Assembly: GCA_043812455.1 (NCBI GenBank) | Contig: JBDRMB010000027.1 | Location: 1 to 61,351, forward strand | Length of the DNA: 61,351 nt | Direction of reading: 5' to 3' | Source of the DNA: an archaeon | GTDB lineage: Archaea > Nanobdellota > Nanobdellia > Woesearchaeales > GW2011-AR9 | In this document: piece by piece, positions 16,028 through 26,603 of the stretch | Layout: each line of letters opens with the position of its first letter | How positions within the stretch are numbered: position 1 is the stretch's first letter | Position numbers and translations under genes: made by a program | The notes under the pieces: generated by a model | The model's input: the letters and a program-made list of their open reading frames with translations, nothing else | Told to the model about the DNA's origin: nothing | Database searches by the model: none

Positions 16028-18409
16028 ATGATAAAAGAAATCAGTAAGTGGACTTTAGCACTCACCCTTGTACTAATATTTATCTTAGCCTTATCAAGCT
16101 TAGCACTAGCTGTAAACACTTTTATTATTCAAGAAACTGACGCGATCAATGTCAATTTAGACACTTCTGACCCTGATGGTGATGACATTGTACATTATTT
16201 TGAAGAACCTTTGGATGACAATGGGTACTGGCAGACTAATTATGACGATGCCGGAGAGTACTTTATTGATGTTACTGCTTCTGACGGAATTGACCAAACT
16301 GTTGAAGAGATTAAAATTATTGTAGAAAATAAAAATCGTGAACCAGTATTTATGCGTGAAAGTGTAAGTTTTAGTGAAGGGGATTTAGTAGATTTGACAA
16401 AATTTATTGTTGATCCTGACGATGATGTTTTAGATTTACAGTTTGAAGAACCTTTTGATGAAAATGGTCTGTGGCAGACCGGTTATGCAGATGCTGGAAT
16501 TTATTTGATAGATATTGTTGCTGGAGATTCAGAATTTGAGGTTCAAGAAAGGTTAGAAATTACTATTGAAGATGTAAATCAAGCGCCGGATATTCTTGAA
16601 GTTTCTTTCTCTAACAGTTCTGTGATAAATATTGCTGAAGATGAAACGCTTTTGTTTAGTGTAGCTGCAGAAGATTTTGATGAAAATGAAATTTATTATC
16701 AATGGAAAATTAACGAAGAAATTATTTCAGATTCAAGTGATGGAGAATATTATTTTGACTTTGACAGTTCTGGAGAATATACTTTAACTTTAATTGTAAG
16801 TGATACTGAACTTGAAACAGAACAGTCCTGGGAATTTGAAGTTGACAATACTAATCGTGTTCCAGAACTGAACGATCAATCAATTTCTGTCTATGAAACT
16901 GAATTGTTAGAGTTTAGCCCCCCCCCTGTTGACCAAGACGGTGATGAATTATCTTACGTTTATGAATATCCTTTAGATGGTAATGGTCAGTGGCAAACTG
17001 GTTATAATGATGCTGGGAGTTATGACCTTACCATTGAAGCAAATGATGGTGAGTTTAGTACAGAGTTTACTCTAACTATCACAGTGATTGATTTAGATAG
17101 AGCGCCTGAACTGAATTTTCCAGATACCTTGGAAGTTTGGGAAGGTGAAAATTTTAATTGGGGATTAGAAGTTGTAGATCTTGATGATGATAGTTTAAGT
17201 TTTGAATTTGCTGGCTGGCCAAGTGATATTGATTTCTCAACCAGTAGACAAGAATTGGAATGGAATGTTTCTTATGATTATATAGTTAGAAACGAAAATT
17301 TTGTTACTAACTTCTTGAACGCGTTACGTTTAGAACATTATTTTATGCAAGAAACTAAACAACGGGTTGGAGTTAAAGTGTGTGGTAAAGAACTTTGTAC
17401 TAGTAAGGAACTAGATTTAATTGTTCATAATACTAATCGAGCACCATCAATAACTGCTGCGTTTGACCAAAACCTCATTGAAACGGAAAGTGTTGAACTT
17501 TACGTTGCAGCAAATGATCCTGACGGTGATATTGTAAAATATTATTTCAGTAAACCTTTGAGTAAGAGGGGTGGTAAGTGGACCACTGGTTACGAAGATG
17601 AAGGAGAATATACTGTTTATGTAACTGCAACTGACGGGTTTGCTTCAGATACTGAAGCAGTTAAGATTTATGTTGATAAAAATAATAGAATCCCAACCAT
17701 CACGATTAAAGATGATGAAGTTGTAGTTAATGAAGGCCAAGAATTTATGGTAAGAATTGACGTTTCTGATCCTGATTGGGAAGATGAACTTCAGTTAAGT
17801 GTGGATTATCCTCCTGCAGAACTTATCTTGGGAGAAGATTATTTCCTATGGGCGCCAAGTTATGATACTGTCATGAACAGATCTGGCGGGTTTTGGAATA
17901 ACCTTTGGAGCAATAGTCCTTATTTTACTAAAAAGTTTAGTAGCGAGAAAGAAACTGTATGGTTAGATTTCACGGTAAGTGACGGAGAAGCTGAAGTTGT
18001 CCATCCAGTAAAAGTTGTTGTTAAGAATATTAATCGATTACCTGTGATTGAAGAATACTATCCCGCCGAAGATTTCATTGAAACTACTGTCGGAGATGAA
18101 CCTTTAGCGTTCGGTATTGATGTCAGCGACTTGGATGGGGATTCTCTGGAGTATCGTTGGTCATTTAGTGACTTTGATTTCAATAATGTCAATGGTGATG
18201 TTAGTGCTATCACTAGAGAATTTACTTTACCAGGGGAAAAGAAAGTGCGAGTTACAGTAGATGATGGAAGGGATACTGTTGAGCAGGAATGGACAGTGTT
18301 TGTGCATGAAGGTGAAGTTTCTGTGAGTAATCCTATACCATCTGCTCCCGCAGAACCCAATAATGATTATTCCGTCCGAGTTTATGTCTTTGAAGACTGG
18401 AAGGATTAG
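16028..18409 (+). CDS. Secreted surface protein with Ig/cadherin-like repeats and PKD-like domains
   Basis: Signal peptide; same WQT.Y.DAG.Y repeat as the upstream gene; C-terminal DGDSLEYRWSF...PGEKKVRVTVDDG. Confidence 0.8.
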   Translation: MIKEISKWTLALTLVLIFILALSSLALAVNTFIIQETDAINVNLDTSDPDGDDIVHYFEEPLDDNGYWQTNYDDAGEYFIDVTASDGIDQTVEEIKIIVENKNREPVFMRESVSFSEGDLVDLTKFIVDPDDDVLDLQFEEPFDENGLWQTGYADAGIYLIDIVAGDSEFEVQERLEITIEDVNQAPDILEVSFSNSSVINIAEDETLLFSVAAEDFDENEIYYQWKINEEIISDSSDGEYYFDFDSSGEYTLTLIVSDTELETEQSWEFEVDNTNRVPELNDQSISVYETELLEFSPPPVDQDGDELSYVYEYPLDGNGQWQTGYNDAGSYDLTIEANDGEFSTEFTLTITVIDLDRAPELNFPDTLEVWEGENFNWGLEVVDLDDDSLSFEFAGWPSDIDFSTSRQELEWNVSYDYIVRNENFVTNFLNALRLEHYFMQETKQRVGVKVCGKELCTSKELDLIVHNTNRAPSITAAFDQNLIETESVELYVAANDPDGDIVKYYFSKPLSKRGGKWTTGYEDEGEYTVYVTATDGFASDTEAVKIYVDKNNRIPTITIKDDEVVVNEGQEFMVRIDVSDPDWEDELQLSVDYPPAELILGEDYFLWAPSYDTVMNRSGGFWNNLWSNSPYFTKKFSSEKETVWLDFTVSDGEAEVVHPVKVVVKNINRLPVIEEYYPAEDFIETTVGDEPLAFGIDVSDLDGDSLEYRWSFSDFDFNNVNGDVSAITREFTLPGEKKVRVTVDDGRDTVEQEWTVFVHEGEVSVSNPIPSAPAEPNNDYSVRVYVFEDWKD

Positions 18410-18552
18410 TCATTTTTTGTTTTGTTTTCTTCTTTTTGATTTTGATGCTTGTTTATCTTTTCTATTTTGTTTTAATCCGTGCTTTTTTAGCACTACTTTT
18501 TAGTAGTTATAAACCAAAAAGTTTATAAATAACAAAGACAGTTTAATTAAAT

Positions 18553-19200
18553 ATGTTTCTAGAAGATGTAAAAGAGGAACCTGTAGAATTAGGTACTTTA
18601 GTAGACAATATTACCAAAGATCAATATCAATTATTTTTAAAAAAATGTGGCCCTTTTAATGAGCATGTTGAATATAGAATCAATATAAATCATGGAGAAG
18701 AATTAGCAGGATATCTTAAATTTGTTCCTCAACTTCATGGACAAGATGATTATGTGTTATCTGCTCTGAAAACAGAACATGGTTTTCGAGGAAGAAAATT
18801 ATCTAATGCTCTAATTGAAATCTTATTCCAGTATGCTGAGTTAAATAATAAACCATTTAATACTGTTGTACAGCAAAGAAAACCTCTAACTGCATTTATC
18901 ATACAAAAATATGGTTTTGAACCAGTAGATAATCGACCTAGAGACAGAGTTGAAATTCTTGGAAGATATGATGACAATTTGTTGATGGTTGCATTTAGAG
19001 ATGTTACAAAAAGAAGAGAATTTGAAGCATCAAGACTTTGTATTAATTCTGAACAGTATAAAGTTGTAGCACCACAACCAGGATTGTTAATAGATACTGT
19101 AACTTTGTTAACACCGTATATCTTAATCGATGCTGAAAAATGTGACCGTAGAAGGAAAGAAATTGTTCAAAGAAGATTTTCAATAAATTTTAATGATTAG
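18553..19200 (+). CDS. Hypothetical protein, GNAT-like
   Basis: LSALKTEHGFRGRKLSNALI and FIIQKYGF resemble GNAT motifs A and B. Confidence 0.5.
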   Translation: MFLEDVKEEPVELGTLVDNITKDQYQLFLKKCGPFNEHVEYRININHGEELAGYLKFVPQLHGQDDYVLSALKTEHGFRGRKLSNALIEILFQYAELNNKPFNTVVQQRKPLTAFIIQKYGFEPVDNRPRDRVEILGRYDDNLLMVAFRDVTKRREFEASRLCINSEQYKVVAPQPGLLIDTVTLLTPYILIDAEKCDRRRKEIVQRRFSINFND

Positions 19201-19249
19201 TTATTTTTTCCAAAACTTATATATTGCACCTTAATTCTGAGTACAGATA

Positions 19250-20932
19250 ATGGACAATACTCTCAAAGTTGCGTTAGATACAATACAAATGGGCAAGCAA
19301 GCAATAGTCTTTGCGCCAAGTAAAGCTAGTGCAGAAAAAACGGCAGAAGACCTATCTTTGTTGATGATGGGCAACGGCGTTGAACTGCTTGATTTAGAAG
19401 CCCAAGTTCTGAAAGCTGTATCACCAGCAACTAGACAATGTAAAAGGTTAGCTAAAATTGTCAAAAAAGGTGTGGCGTTTCATCATGCTGGTCTGGCAAA
19501 CAAACAGAGAGAGTTAATTGAAGATGAGTTTCGTGCCGGAAGGATAAAAGTTATTTGTGCTACACCAACTTTAGCTGCTGGTTTGTCGATGCCGGCGTTC
19601 AGAGTTATTCTAAAGAGTTTGAAAAGGTTTAGTGGTAAGTGGGGTATGGATTGGATTCCGGTCTTAGAATACATGCAAATGGCTGGTAGAGCCGGAAGAC
19701 CCGAGCATGAAGATTATGGGGAAGCAATTTCTGTTGCAAGAGATGAAAAGGATAAAGAAGAAATTTATCAGAAATATGTTTGTGGCGTTCCTGAAGATAT
19801 TTATTCCAAACTGGCAGCAGAACCGGTGTTACGGACATATTTGTTGTCTTTGATTGCTTCTGGCATAATCAGAACTGAACATGAAATGAAAGATTTTTTC
19901 AGAAGCACTTTCTGGGCGCATCAGTACCAAGATTTTACTGAACTTGAAAATATTATGGACCGGATGTTAGGATTACTTGTCAAATGGGGTTTTGTCAGAA
20001 GATTAGGGGATCTTCGTCTTGGTGCAGATGGGTTTGTTACAACAGAACCGGTTGAAGATGAAAAGGAAATTGTTGAAAATTCTGAGAAAGATTTTGGATT
20101 TGAAAAAGCTAGTTCTATCTTGGCTAAAGTTAAGAAAATTCCAGGATTGGTTGGTGGGAAGAATAAAAAAACAGATGATGAAAAAAGTGATATGCTTAAA
20201 GCAACACTAATCGGTAAACGAGTATCACAATTATATTTAGATCCGTTGACGGCTAAACATTTGATTGATGCTTTGCATGAAGCTAATAAAAAAGATAGTA
20301 GAACAGCATTTGCATACTTACAGATTCTTTCCAATACTCTTGAAATGCGACCTCGGTTAAGAATTAAATCTAAAGAACAAGATTGGATTCAGGAAGAGCT
20401 TCTGGCACATTATGAAGAACTGCTTGAAGAAGAACCTGCTGAGTATGATTATTCTTATCATGATTTCATGGATTCAATAAAAACTACATTATTCTTTGAA
20501 GCATGGACTAATGAGGTGGGTGAAGATTTATTATTAGAAAAATTTAATGTTCGGCCAGGAGAAATTAAAGTTAAGCTGGACACCGCAGATTGGTTGATTT
20601 ATTCTTCTGAAGAGATGGCGGACTTGTTGAATTATAGAGATCTTGTTTCTGAATTGCGAAAGTTGCGGTTACGTGTCAAGAACGGTGCTAAGGAAGAGCT
20701 TTTAGTGTTATTGAAATTGAAAAATATTGGAAGAAAACGTGCTAGACGGATGTTCAATAACGGAATTAAAGATATGGGTGACTTGAAACGGATAGATCTG
20801 GCAACTTTAGGGCAGATCTTGGGCAAGAAAGTTGCAGAGGATGTTAAGTCACAGTTAGGGCAAGAAGTTAAGGAAGTGCCTGCGGGCAGACGGAAAGGGC
20901 AGTTAGGGTTGGGGAAGTATAAACTTGAGTAA
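19250..20932 (+). CDS. Hel308/Ski2-like helicase lacking the first RecA domain
   Basis: GVAFHHAGL, ATPTLAAG, QMAGRAGRP motifs and C-terminal HhH are present; no Walker A or DExH; in-frame TGA at 19238. Confidence 0.8.
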   Translation: MDNTLKVALDTIQMGKQAIVFAPSKASAEKTAEDLSLLMMGNGVELLDLEAQVLKAVSPATRQCKRLAKIVKKGVAFHHAGLANKQRELIEDEFRAGRIKVICATPTLAAGLSMPAFRVILKSLKRFSGKWGMDWIPVLEYMQMAGRAGRPEHEDYGEAISVARDEKDKEEIYQKYVCGVPEDIYSKLAAEPVLRTYLLSLIASGIIRTEHEMKDFFRSTFWAHQYQDFTELENIMDRMLGLLVKWGFVRRLGDLRLGADGFVTTEPVEDEKEIVENSEKDFGFEKASSILAKVKKIPGLVGGKNKKTDDEKSDMLKATLIGKRVSQLYLDPLTAKHLIDALHEANKKDSRTAFAYLQILSNTLEMRPRLRIKSKEQDWIQEELLAHYEELLEEEPAEYDYSYHDFMDSIKTTLFFEAWTNEVGEDLLLEKFNVRPGEIKVKLDTADWLIYSSEEMADLLNYRDLVSELRKLRLRVKNGAKEELLVLLKLKNIGRKRARRMFNNGIKDMGDLKRIDLATLGQILGKKVAEDVKSQLGQEVKEVPAGRRKGQLGLGKYKLE

Positions 20933-20989
20933 ATAACTTGCCTTTATAGAACAGTAACATTTAAAAATAGGCATTATTTCTGAGCAAAT

Positions 20990-21523
20990 ATGGCAAGAAT
21001 AAGGAAGTTCGTGGCGTATCAAGGACTAGAAAGACCTTACACTAGAATCAGTAAGTATAACAAGAAGAACTTTGTCAGAGGCGGATTCCCACACATGAAA
21101 GTTATCAAGTTTGATTTAGGTAACAAAACTGGCGATTTTGATTCTATGATCAGGTTAACTTCAACTAGAGCTATGAATATCCGTCATAATGCATTAGAAG
21201 CTGCACGTTTGACTTCTAACAGATATCTTGAAGGTAAGCTGCCTAAGAATTATCATTTGAAAATTAAAGTTTATCCGTTCCATATTTTAAGAGAAAATCC
21301 CTTAGCTTCTGGAGCAGGAGCAGATAGGATGAGTACTGGAATGAAGAAATCTTTTGGTAAGATTATTGGTTCTGCTGCTAGGGTTAAAATTGGCCAAACT
21401 TTAATGGAAGTTAGAGTTAACAAAGCAAATATTAGAGTTGCGAAAGAAGCCTTATCAAGAGCTAGTAAGAAAATGCCTTGTTCCTGTAAAATTAATGTTA
21501 TGGAACCTGTTGTTGCAAAATAA
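20990..21523 (+). CDS. rpl10e: 50S ribosomal protein L10e (uL16)
   Basis: IRHNALEAAR, YPFHILREN and GAGADRMSTGM signatures. Confidence 0.95.
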   Translation: MARIRKFVAYQGLERPYTRISKYNKKNFVRGGFPHMKVIKFDLGNKTGDFDSMIRLTSTRAMNIRHNALEAARLTSNRYLEGKLPKNYHLKIKVYPFHILRENPLASGAGADRMSTGMKKSFGKIIGSAARVKIGQTLMEVRVNKANIRVAKEALSRASKKMPCSCKINVMEPVVAK

Positions 21524-21571
21524 TTGTCTAAATTTTTCTTAATAGATTTATTAAAATTAAATTTAATACTC

Positions 21572-22264
21572 TTAAATTCCCTGTTGACTAATTTCTTGTC
21601 TTAACTGTTTTAATTCTTGCTGAACCCAAATAAGTTCATTTGGGGGAATAGGATGTTTTCCTTCAATCTTTTTAGAAATTTTTTTAACCATTTGAGTAGT
21701 TAATTCTTCAATACTTTGTTCTTGTTGTGAAGAAAACTTTTTCTTAACTCTGCCTAAAAAACTTGCTGGTTCTAGTTCAGATTTTCCCATGGAACATCTT
21801 ATTTTAGCTAAGTCATTGTTAATGTCCCATTCAACTAAATATCCTGGTCTTAATTTACCACACAATTCTCTTTGTTTAGCTTCAGCTAAAGCTTCTGGAC
21901 TTATTTCTGCTAATTTTCTTTCAATTGGCGCTAATTTTTTCTGATAAGCCTTTTCTGTTTTTAGCATCTTAGCTTGATATGGTTGTTCTCTACGTTTCTT
22001 TTCAAGTCTTTTGTTAAGTTCTTCCAGTTCCTTTTCCAAGAATTGTTGTTGGAGAGATTTGCTTAGGTCTGGTAAAGGAGTTACTTGCTTAACAGCTGTT
22101 GGCGGTAATTTAACTTCTCTCTTTTCCCTACCATTCTTTTTATTCATATAAATGTTAATTCGACGTTTTTTCATAAAGTATGAATAGGCATAGATTAGAA
22201 TCAGGATGAACAAGATCTGGTTTAATGCTATAATAGCAAAGCTCAACAGAGATTTATCTACCAT
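21572..22264 (-). CDS. Hypothetical membrane-anchored coiled-coil protein
   Basis: One N-terminal TM helix followed by a charged helical region. Confidence 0.6.
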   Translation of the reverse strand: MVDKSLLSFAIIALNQILFILILIYAYSYFMKKRRINIYMNKKNGREKREVKLPPTAVKQVTPLPDLSKSLQQQFLEKELEELNKRLEKKRREQPYQAKMLKTEKAYQKKLAPIERKLAEISPEALAEAKQRELCGKLRPGYLVEWDINNDLAKIRCSMGKSELEPASFLGRVKKKFSSQQEQSIEELTTQMVKKISKKIEGKHPIPPNELIWVQQELKQLRQEISQQGI

Positions 22265-22311
22265 CAGTTAAAAAGAAATCATTTTTCCTTTTAAATCTTG
22301 TGTTTAAATCT

Positions 22312-23292
22312 CTAGGTTTTAGAAGTAGTTTTCTCAGGAGGAACGTAATCTTTAGCTTTATCAAGAATCTCTTTCTTAATTTCATCCATGGAATAATACC
22401 TAATATTCTCTTCTTCGAATTCAGTAATCTGTTCTTTACTTAAAAGGTCAGTCTTGCTCAAATAAACTAAAGTTTTCTTAGCTTTCTTGACTTTTTCATA
22501 CAATTTTTTCTGTTCACTAAATGGATATGGTTCAGTTAAGTCAAAAATGAATATTGCTAAGTTTGCCAAATCATCTAGAACAAGTTCTGCTTGTAATTCA
22601 ATCAAATTCATTTTATCTTTTCTAGCGAGAGTTCCAGGAACGTCCAGAACTTGTACTTTCTTATCACCCAAATCAAAATAAGCACAATTGATACTAACTG
22701 TGGTAAACGAATAAGCAGCAGTCTTAGCAGTACTGCCAGTAAGTTTGTTCAGCAATGTAGTTTTTCCAATGTTTGGATAACCATAAATACAGATAGTAAA
22801 CATCTCTTTAATGTCTGGATAAGTTTTCATAACTCGTCGACATGCTTCCAGATATGTTAAATTCTGATCAACCTGTTTTGCTACTGAAGAGATTCTACCA
22901 TAAAATTCTTTAGAATGCTTTTTTACGCTATTATAATCTGTACTTTTCATAATTTTTCTAGCATAAGATTTCTGAAAAAACTTAACTTTTTCCATTAGCC
23001 AGTTAACTGCTCCTAAAGAATGTTTTAGATCTTTGTAATTTAAAGTTAGTTTGAGCAGTTTGATATAAAATTCAGGTAGATGATCTAAACTCGGAAATGA
23101 TCTTGTAATTTTATCTAACCGTTCGACCATCTGATCTTTGATAACATCAATTTTGAGCGTTTCTCTTTTCTTAGTATTTTGTACTCTTTCACCGATAAAT
23201 TCTTTAGCTTTAGCTTTAGCCCTAGCTTTACTGAACGCTAGGTCTATGAGTGCTTTACTATCATCTACTGGTGGAATTGTTTGAAAGTTCAT
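22312..23292 (-). CDS. NOG1-family GTPase
   Basis: NOG1 N-terminal helical domain (FPSLDHLPEFY..LL); GYPNIGKT, YSFTT, DVPG and SKTD motifs. Confidence 0.9.
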   Translation of the reverse strand: MNFQTIPPVDDSKALIDLAFSKARAKAKAKEFIGERVQNTKKRETLKIDVIKDQMVERLDKITRSFPSLDHLPEFYIKLLKLTLNYKDLKHSLGAVNWLMEKVKFFQKSYARKIMKSTDYNSVKKHSKEFYGRISSVAKQVDQNLTYLEACRRVMKTYPDIKEMFTICIYGYPNIGKTTLLNKLTGSTAKTAAYSFTTVSINCAYFDLGDKKVQVLDVPGTLARKDKMNLIELQAELVLDDLANLAIFIFDLTEPYPFSEQKKLYEKVKKAKKTLVYLSKTDLLSKEQITEFEEENIRYYSMDEIKKEILDKAKDYVPPEKTTSKT

Positions 23293-23364
23293 GTTTGATG
23301 TAGAATTGAGAGTGTTTTATAATGGTTCTTGTTAAATCTGAAGATGCTAACCTAACTATTAAAT

Positions 23365-25074
23365 CTACTTATTCTCATTAGGGTGCTCATGACCCATTGA
23401 TTTACGTTCTTCTAATTCCTTGATGTGGAACTCGCGTTCGTCTTTTAATTTGATTTCTTTCTTTCTTACTTTTGTAATAAGTTCAGCAACATGCTTGCCG
23501 CCTAAGAAATGTGGTAAGATCACATAATCAGCACCAACCTTGTACAATTGCAAAGCATCTTCAATATTACCTGCAGTAACGATAATTTTAGCATTTTTAT
23601 TAACTGCTCGAGTTCTTTTGATCAAATATCGATTAGAATCGTCTGAAGGAACTGTCGAAATAAGTTGTTTTAATCCTTTTAAATTCATTCGACTTAATAT
23701 CTCGTCATCATCAACTTCTCCATAAATACAATGATAACCTTCTTTATATAAACGTGAAATTACTTCTGGATTATAATCAACAATCAATACCTTTTTCTTG
23801 ATATTTTTGAAACTTTTTAAGATGCTGTAACCTACCCGGTTATGTCCACATAATACAACTGATGGTTTAATTTTGGTTGGTAAATATTCTAAACCTTCTG
23901 TATTAAACCGATCATAAATTCTAAGTGGTTTTTCTAATATCTTGAAAAGAAAATTGTTATATTTAGTTAAGTAAGATGTGAAAGTGATGGTCAATAAAGC
24001 TAAAATTACAACGAACGAGTAAATGTCCTGGCTAATTATGCCAGCAAATAAGCCTTGTGTTGCAATGATTAAGGAAAATTCGCCAACTTGTGTTAAGTAA
24101 ATTGCACTAATAAATGATGGTTTTTTAGTGTATTTGAACACTGAACAAATGGTCATAGTGATAATTGGTTTAAGAACGAGGATAAAAAGTAAAAATACTA
24201 TCAAAGGGACAATTAAGTTTTTTAGTACGCCTAATGAAAGAGCCATTCCCAATGAAACAAAAAACAGTAACGAAAAGAAATCTCGTAAAGATTTAACTTT
24301 TCCAATAATTTCATAATTGTATTCTAAGTTACCTAATGTTAATCCAGCAACAAATGCGCCAATGATTACTGAAAATCCCATGTAATGGAAAGTAAATGAA
24401 AATAAGAAACATATTGCTAATGATGTGATTAGTAACAATTCTTGGAATTTAGCTGCAAATTTGAAAACATATGGAAAAATAAATTTGCTACAAAGGTAAG
24501 CAATGACAAAAAAACTGACAAATTTCAATAAAGCTAATACCAAAGAAGATTCCACACCATTTAATGAAGATAAGATTGATAATGCTAATATAGCAAACAC
24601 GTCTTCTATTAATAAAATACCCACTACAATCCTACCGTGCAGAGTGTTAAGCTCTCTTTTATCGGAAAGAAATTTCATGACAATCATTGTGGAAGAAAAT
24701 GCTAATATTAAACCAATAAACATCGCTTCTTTGTATACAAAGCCCAGTGCGAGAGAAATTGATGTTGCTAATAAAAACAATAAAGCAATCTGTATTGACC
24801 CACCAATGGTAGAAACTAAAGCAACATCTTTTAATTTTTTCAAGTCAACTTCTAAACCAACCAAGAAAAGTAAAAAGGCTATACCTATGGTTGACATAGA
24901 GTTAATAATTGAAGCATCTGTAACTAAATGAAATATTGGACCAATGACTACACCAACCAAAACGTAAGCTAAAAGTTGTGGTTGTTTGAATAATCTGGCA
25001 ATGAATGCTGCAAAGGCTGCAATAGTAACAACTAACGCTAGTTGTAAGAACATATCATCTACCACCATTGCCAT
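23365..25074 (-). CDS. CPA2 cation:proton antiporter with a TrkA-N/RCK domain
   Basis: LFLVGLE, FSST, IED and LTQVGEFS motifs; C-terminal CGHNRVG...YGEVDD. Confidence 0.9.
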   Translation of the reverse strand: MAMVVDDMFLQLALVVTIAAFAAFIARLFKQPQLLAYVLVGVVIGPIFHLVTDASIINSMSTIGIAFLLFLVGLEVDLKKLKDVALVSTIGGSIQIALLFLLATSISLALGFVYKEAMFIGLILAFSSTMIVMKFLSDKRELNTLHGRIVVGILLIEDVFAILALSILSSLNGVESSLVLALLKFVSFFVIAYLCSKFIFPYVFKFAAKFQELLLITSLAICFLFSFTFHYMGFSVIIGAFVAGLTLGNLEYNYEIIGKVKSLRDFFSLLFFVSLGMALSLGVLKNLIVPLIVFLLFILVLKPIITMTICSVFKYTKKPSFISAIYLTQVGEFSLIIATQGLFAGIISQDIYSFVVILALLTITFTSYLTKYNNFLFKILEKPLRIYDRFNTEGLEYLPTKIKPSVVLCGHNRVGYSILKSFKNIKKKVLIVDYNPEVISRLYKEGYHCIYGEVDDDEILSRMNLKGLKQLISTVPSDDSNRYLIKRTRAVNKNAKIIVTAGNIEDALQLYKVGADYVILPHFLGGKHVAELITKVRKKEIKLKDEREFHIKELEERKSMGHEHPNENK

Positions 25075-25134
25075 GCCTATAATTAAATTATTTATGTTTA
25101 TAAAGGTTGCTGGTAATGGTGGTTTGTTTATAGT

Positions 25135-25719
25135 TTAATTAGGTAAACCAATTATCACATTATTCATTGGTGTAGTTCTGGGGTCAATTCTTCTTAAAAA
25201 TGCTTGATAATCATTTTCAATAAGAAATTGTGTTCTTACTAGATCAAAATAATCTTCAATTCTTGAGTACAATAATAATCTTGGATCTGGAGGCTGGGCA
25301 AGTGAATATCTTTTTATTCTGTCGTTAACATTAATGCTATAACAACAGGGCATGACTGCTAATGCAATATGTAATTCTATTGCTCTTTCAATGATGTCAT
25401 CTGTTAGAGTACCACAAGAGTGGATTGCAATAGCAACAAGACTTTCTGTGGAAGTTGGTGTAAAGCCCTCGATTCCATCTAAAGAAATGGTATGTTTGCA
25501 TTCAATCTCTGAGATTGTTTTTTCTAATCCTCTCACTTTTTTTACATCAATGAAATTGACATTTTTTATGTTTCCTCTTTGAGTAAAAACTTTTCCAGCA
25601 TTGCCATTTCCTGCACAGAATTCCACTAATTCATATGGCCTATTATCAAAATAATCTTGAAAGAACAGAGCAACAACTCGGTAAAATTCTTCTGCTCTTT
25701 TAATCTGAATATTACTCAT
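25135..25719 (-). CDS. SAM-dependent methyltransferase-like protein
   Basis: VEFCAGNG, IHSCGTLTD and MPCCY motifs. Confidence 0.75.
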   Translation of the reverse strand: MSNIQIKRAEEFYRVVALFFQDYFDNRPYELVEFCAGNGNAGKVFTQRGNIKNVNFIDVKKVRGLEKTISEIECKHTISLDGIEGFTPTSTESLVAIAIHSCGTLTDDIIERAIELHIALAVMPCCYSINVNDRIKRYSLAQPPDPRLLLYSRIEDYFDLVRTQFLIENDYQAFLRRIDPRTTPMNNVIIGLPN

Positions 25720-25723
25720 AAGT

Positions 25724-26506
25724 TTAAATTATCAACCTTTGTAATGTGTGTACTCTTTTAGCTCCAACATCCTGAAATTTTGAAAGAGCATATTCACTGA
25801 AACAGTGAATAAAAAAGATATTTTTAATATTTTGGGTTCTGAAATATTTTAATGTCTTGTCAATTATGATCGGGTTAAATAAATGAAATCCACCCATTAC
25901 CGTTGAAATTCTATTTTCATTAAATATCTGTTTTGAATATTCAATAATGTTGCAAATTCCGGAATGGGAACAACCAGATATGATTACAAGGCCAGAGGTG
26001 CCTTTTATTACAATTGCAGAATCATCTAAAACAATATCATTTTCTCCATTTTCTAAATTTCCAATAATCTCTTTCCCTTCAAAATTATTTTCTCTAGGAA
26101 TTTGACCTAAAAATACGATATGTTCTTTTTCTATCCAATATGGTTCTTTTGTCATAATAACATTTGTTTTTAGTTTTAGATCACTTAACTCTAATGGAAT
26201 TCCAATTTGTCCTTCACCTTCAAAATATCTTTTTTTGAAACAAGTCGGGTGTGCCAATAAGTTTTTAACTTTTGAAAATTCAATGTGCTTTATACCTTGA
26301 GAGTGGTCTACATGTCCATGACTTAATATAAGATAATCAATGTTGTCTAAATTTATTCCACCTTTTATAGAGTTTTTTATAATTTCATCAGAGTATGAAA
26401 CGTCAAATAAAATCTTCCTATTCTCAGTTTCTACCAAAAGACTGAATCCAGAGGTGGAATTTTCAAATTCTGTTAATTCGGTATGTAATACTGTTACTTT
26501 AATCAT
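25724..26506 (-). CDS. MBL-fold metallo-hydrolase
   Basis: LSHGHVDH, DD, SGCSH and GGFHL motifs. Confidence 0.85.
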   Translation of the reverse strand: MIKVTVLHTELTEFENSTSGFSLLVETENRKILFDVSYSDEIIKNSIKGGINLDNIDYLILSHGHVDHSQGIKHIEFSKVKNLLAHPTCFKKRYFEGEGQIGIPLELSDLKLKTNVIMTKEPYWIEKEHIVFLGQIPRENNFEGKEIIGNLENGENDIVLDDSAIVIKGTSGLVIISGCSHSGICNIIEYSKQIFNENRISTVMGGFHLFNPIIIDKTLKYFRTQNIKNIFFIHCFSEYALSKFQDVGAKRVHTLQRLII

Positions 26507-26603
26507 AGTCTATTGGGAAAATTGGAACTACTTAAAACTTTTTCTAACTTTATGTGTCGTGAAGTAATAAGCATGACATTAATATTAAGGAAAATAAAAA
26601 AAA

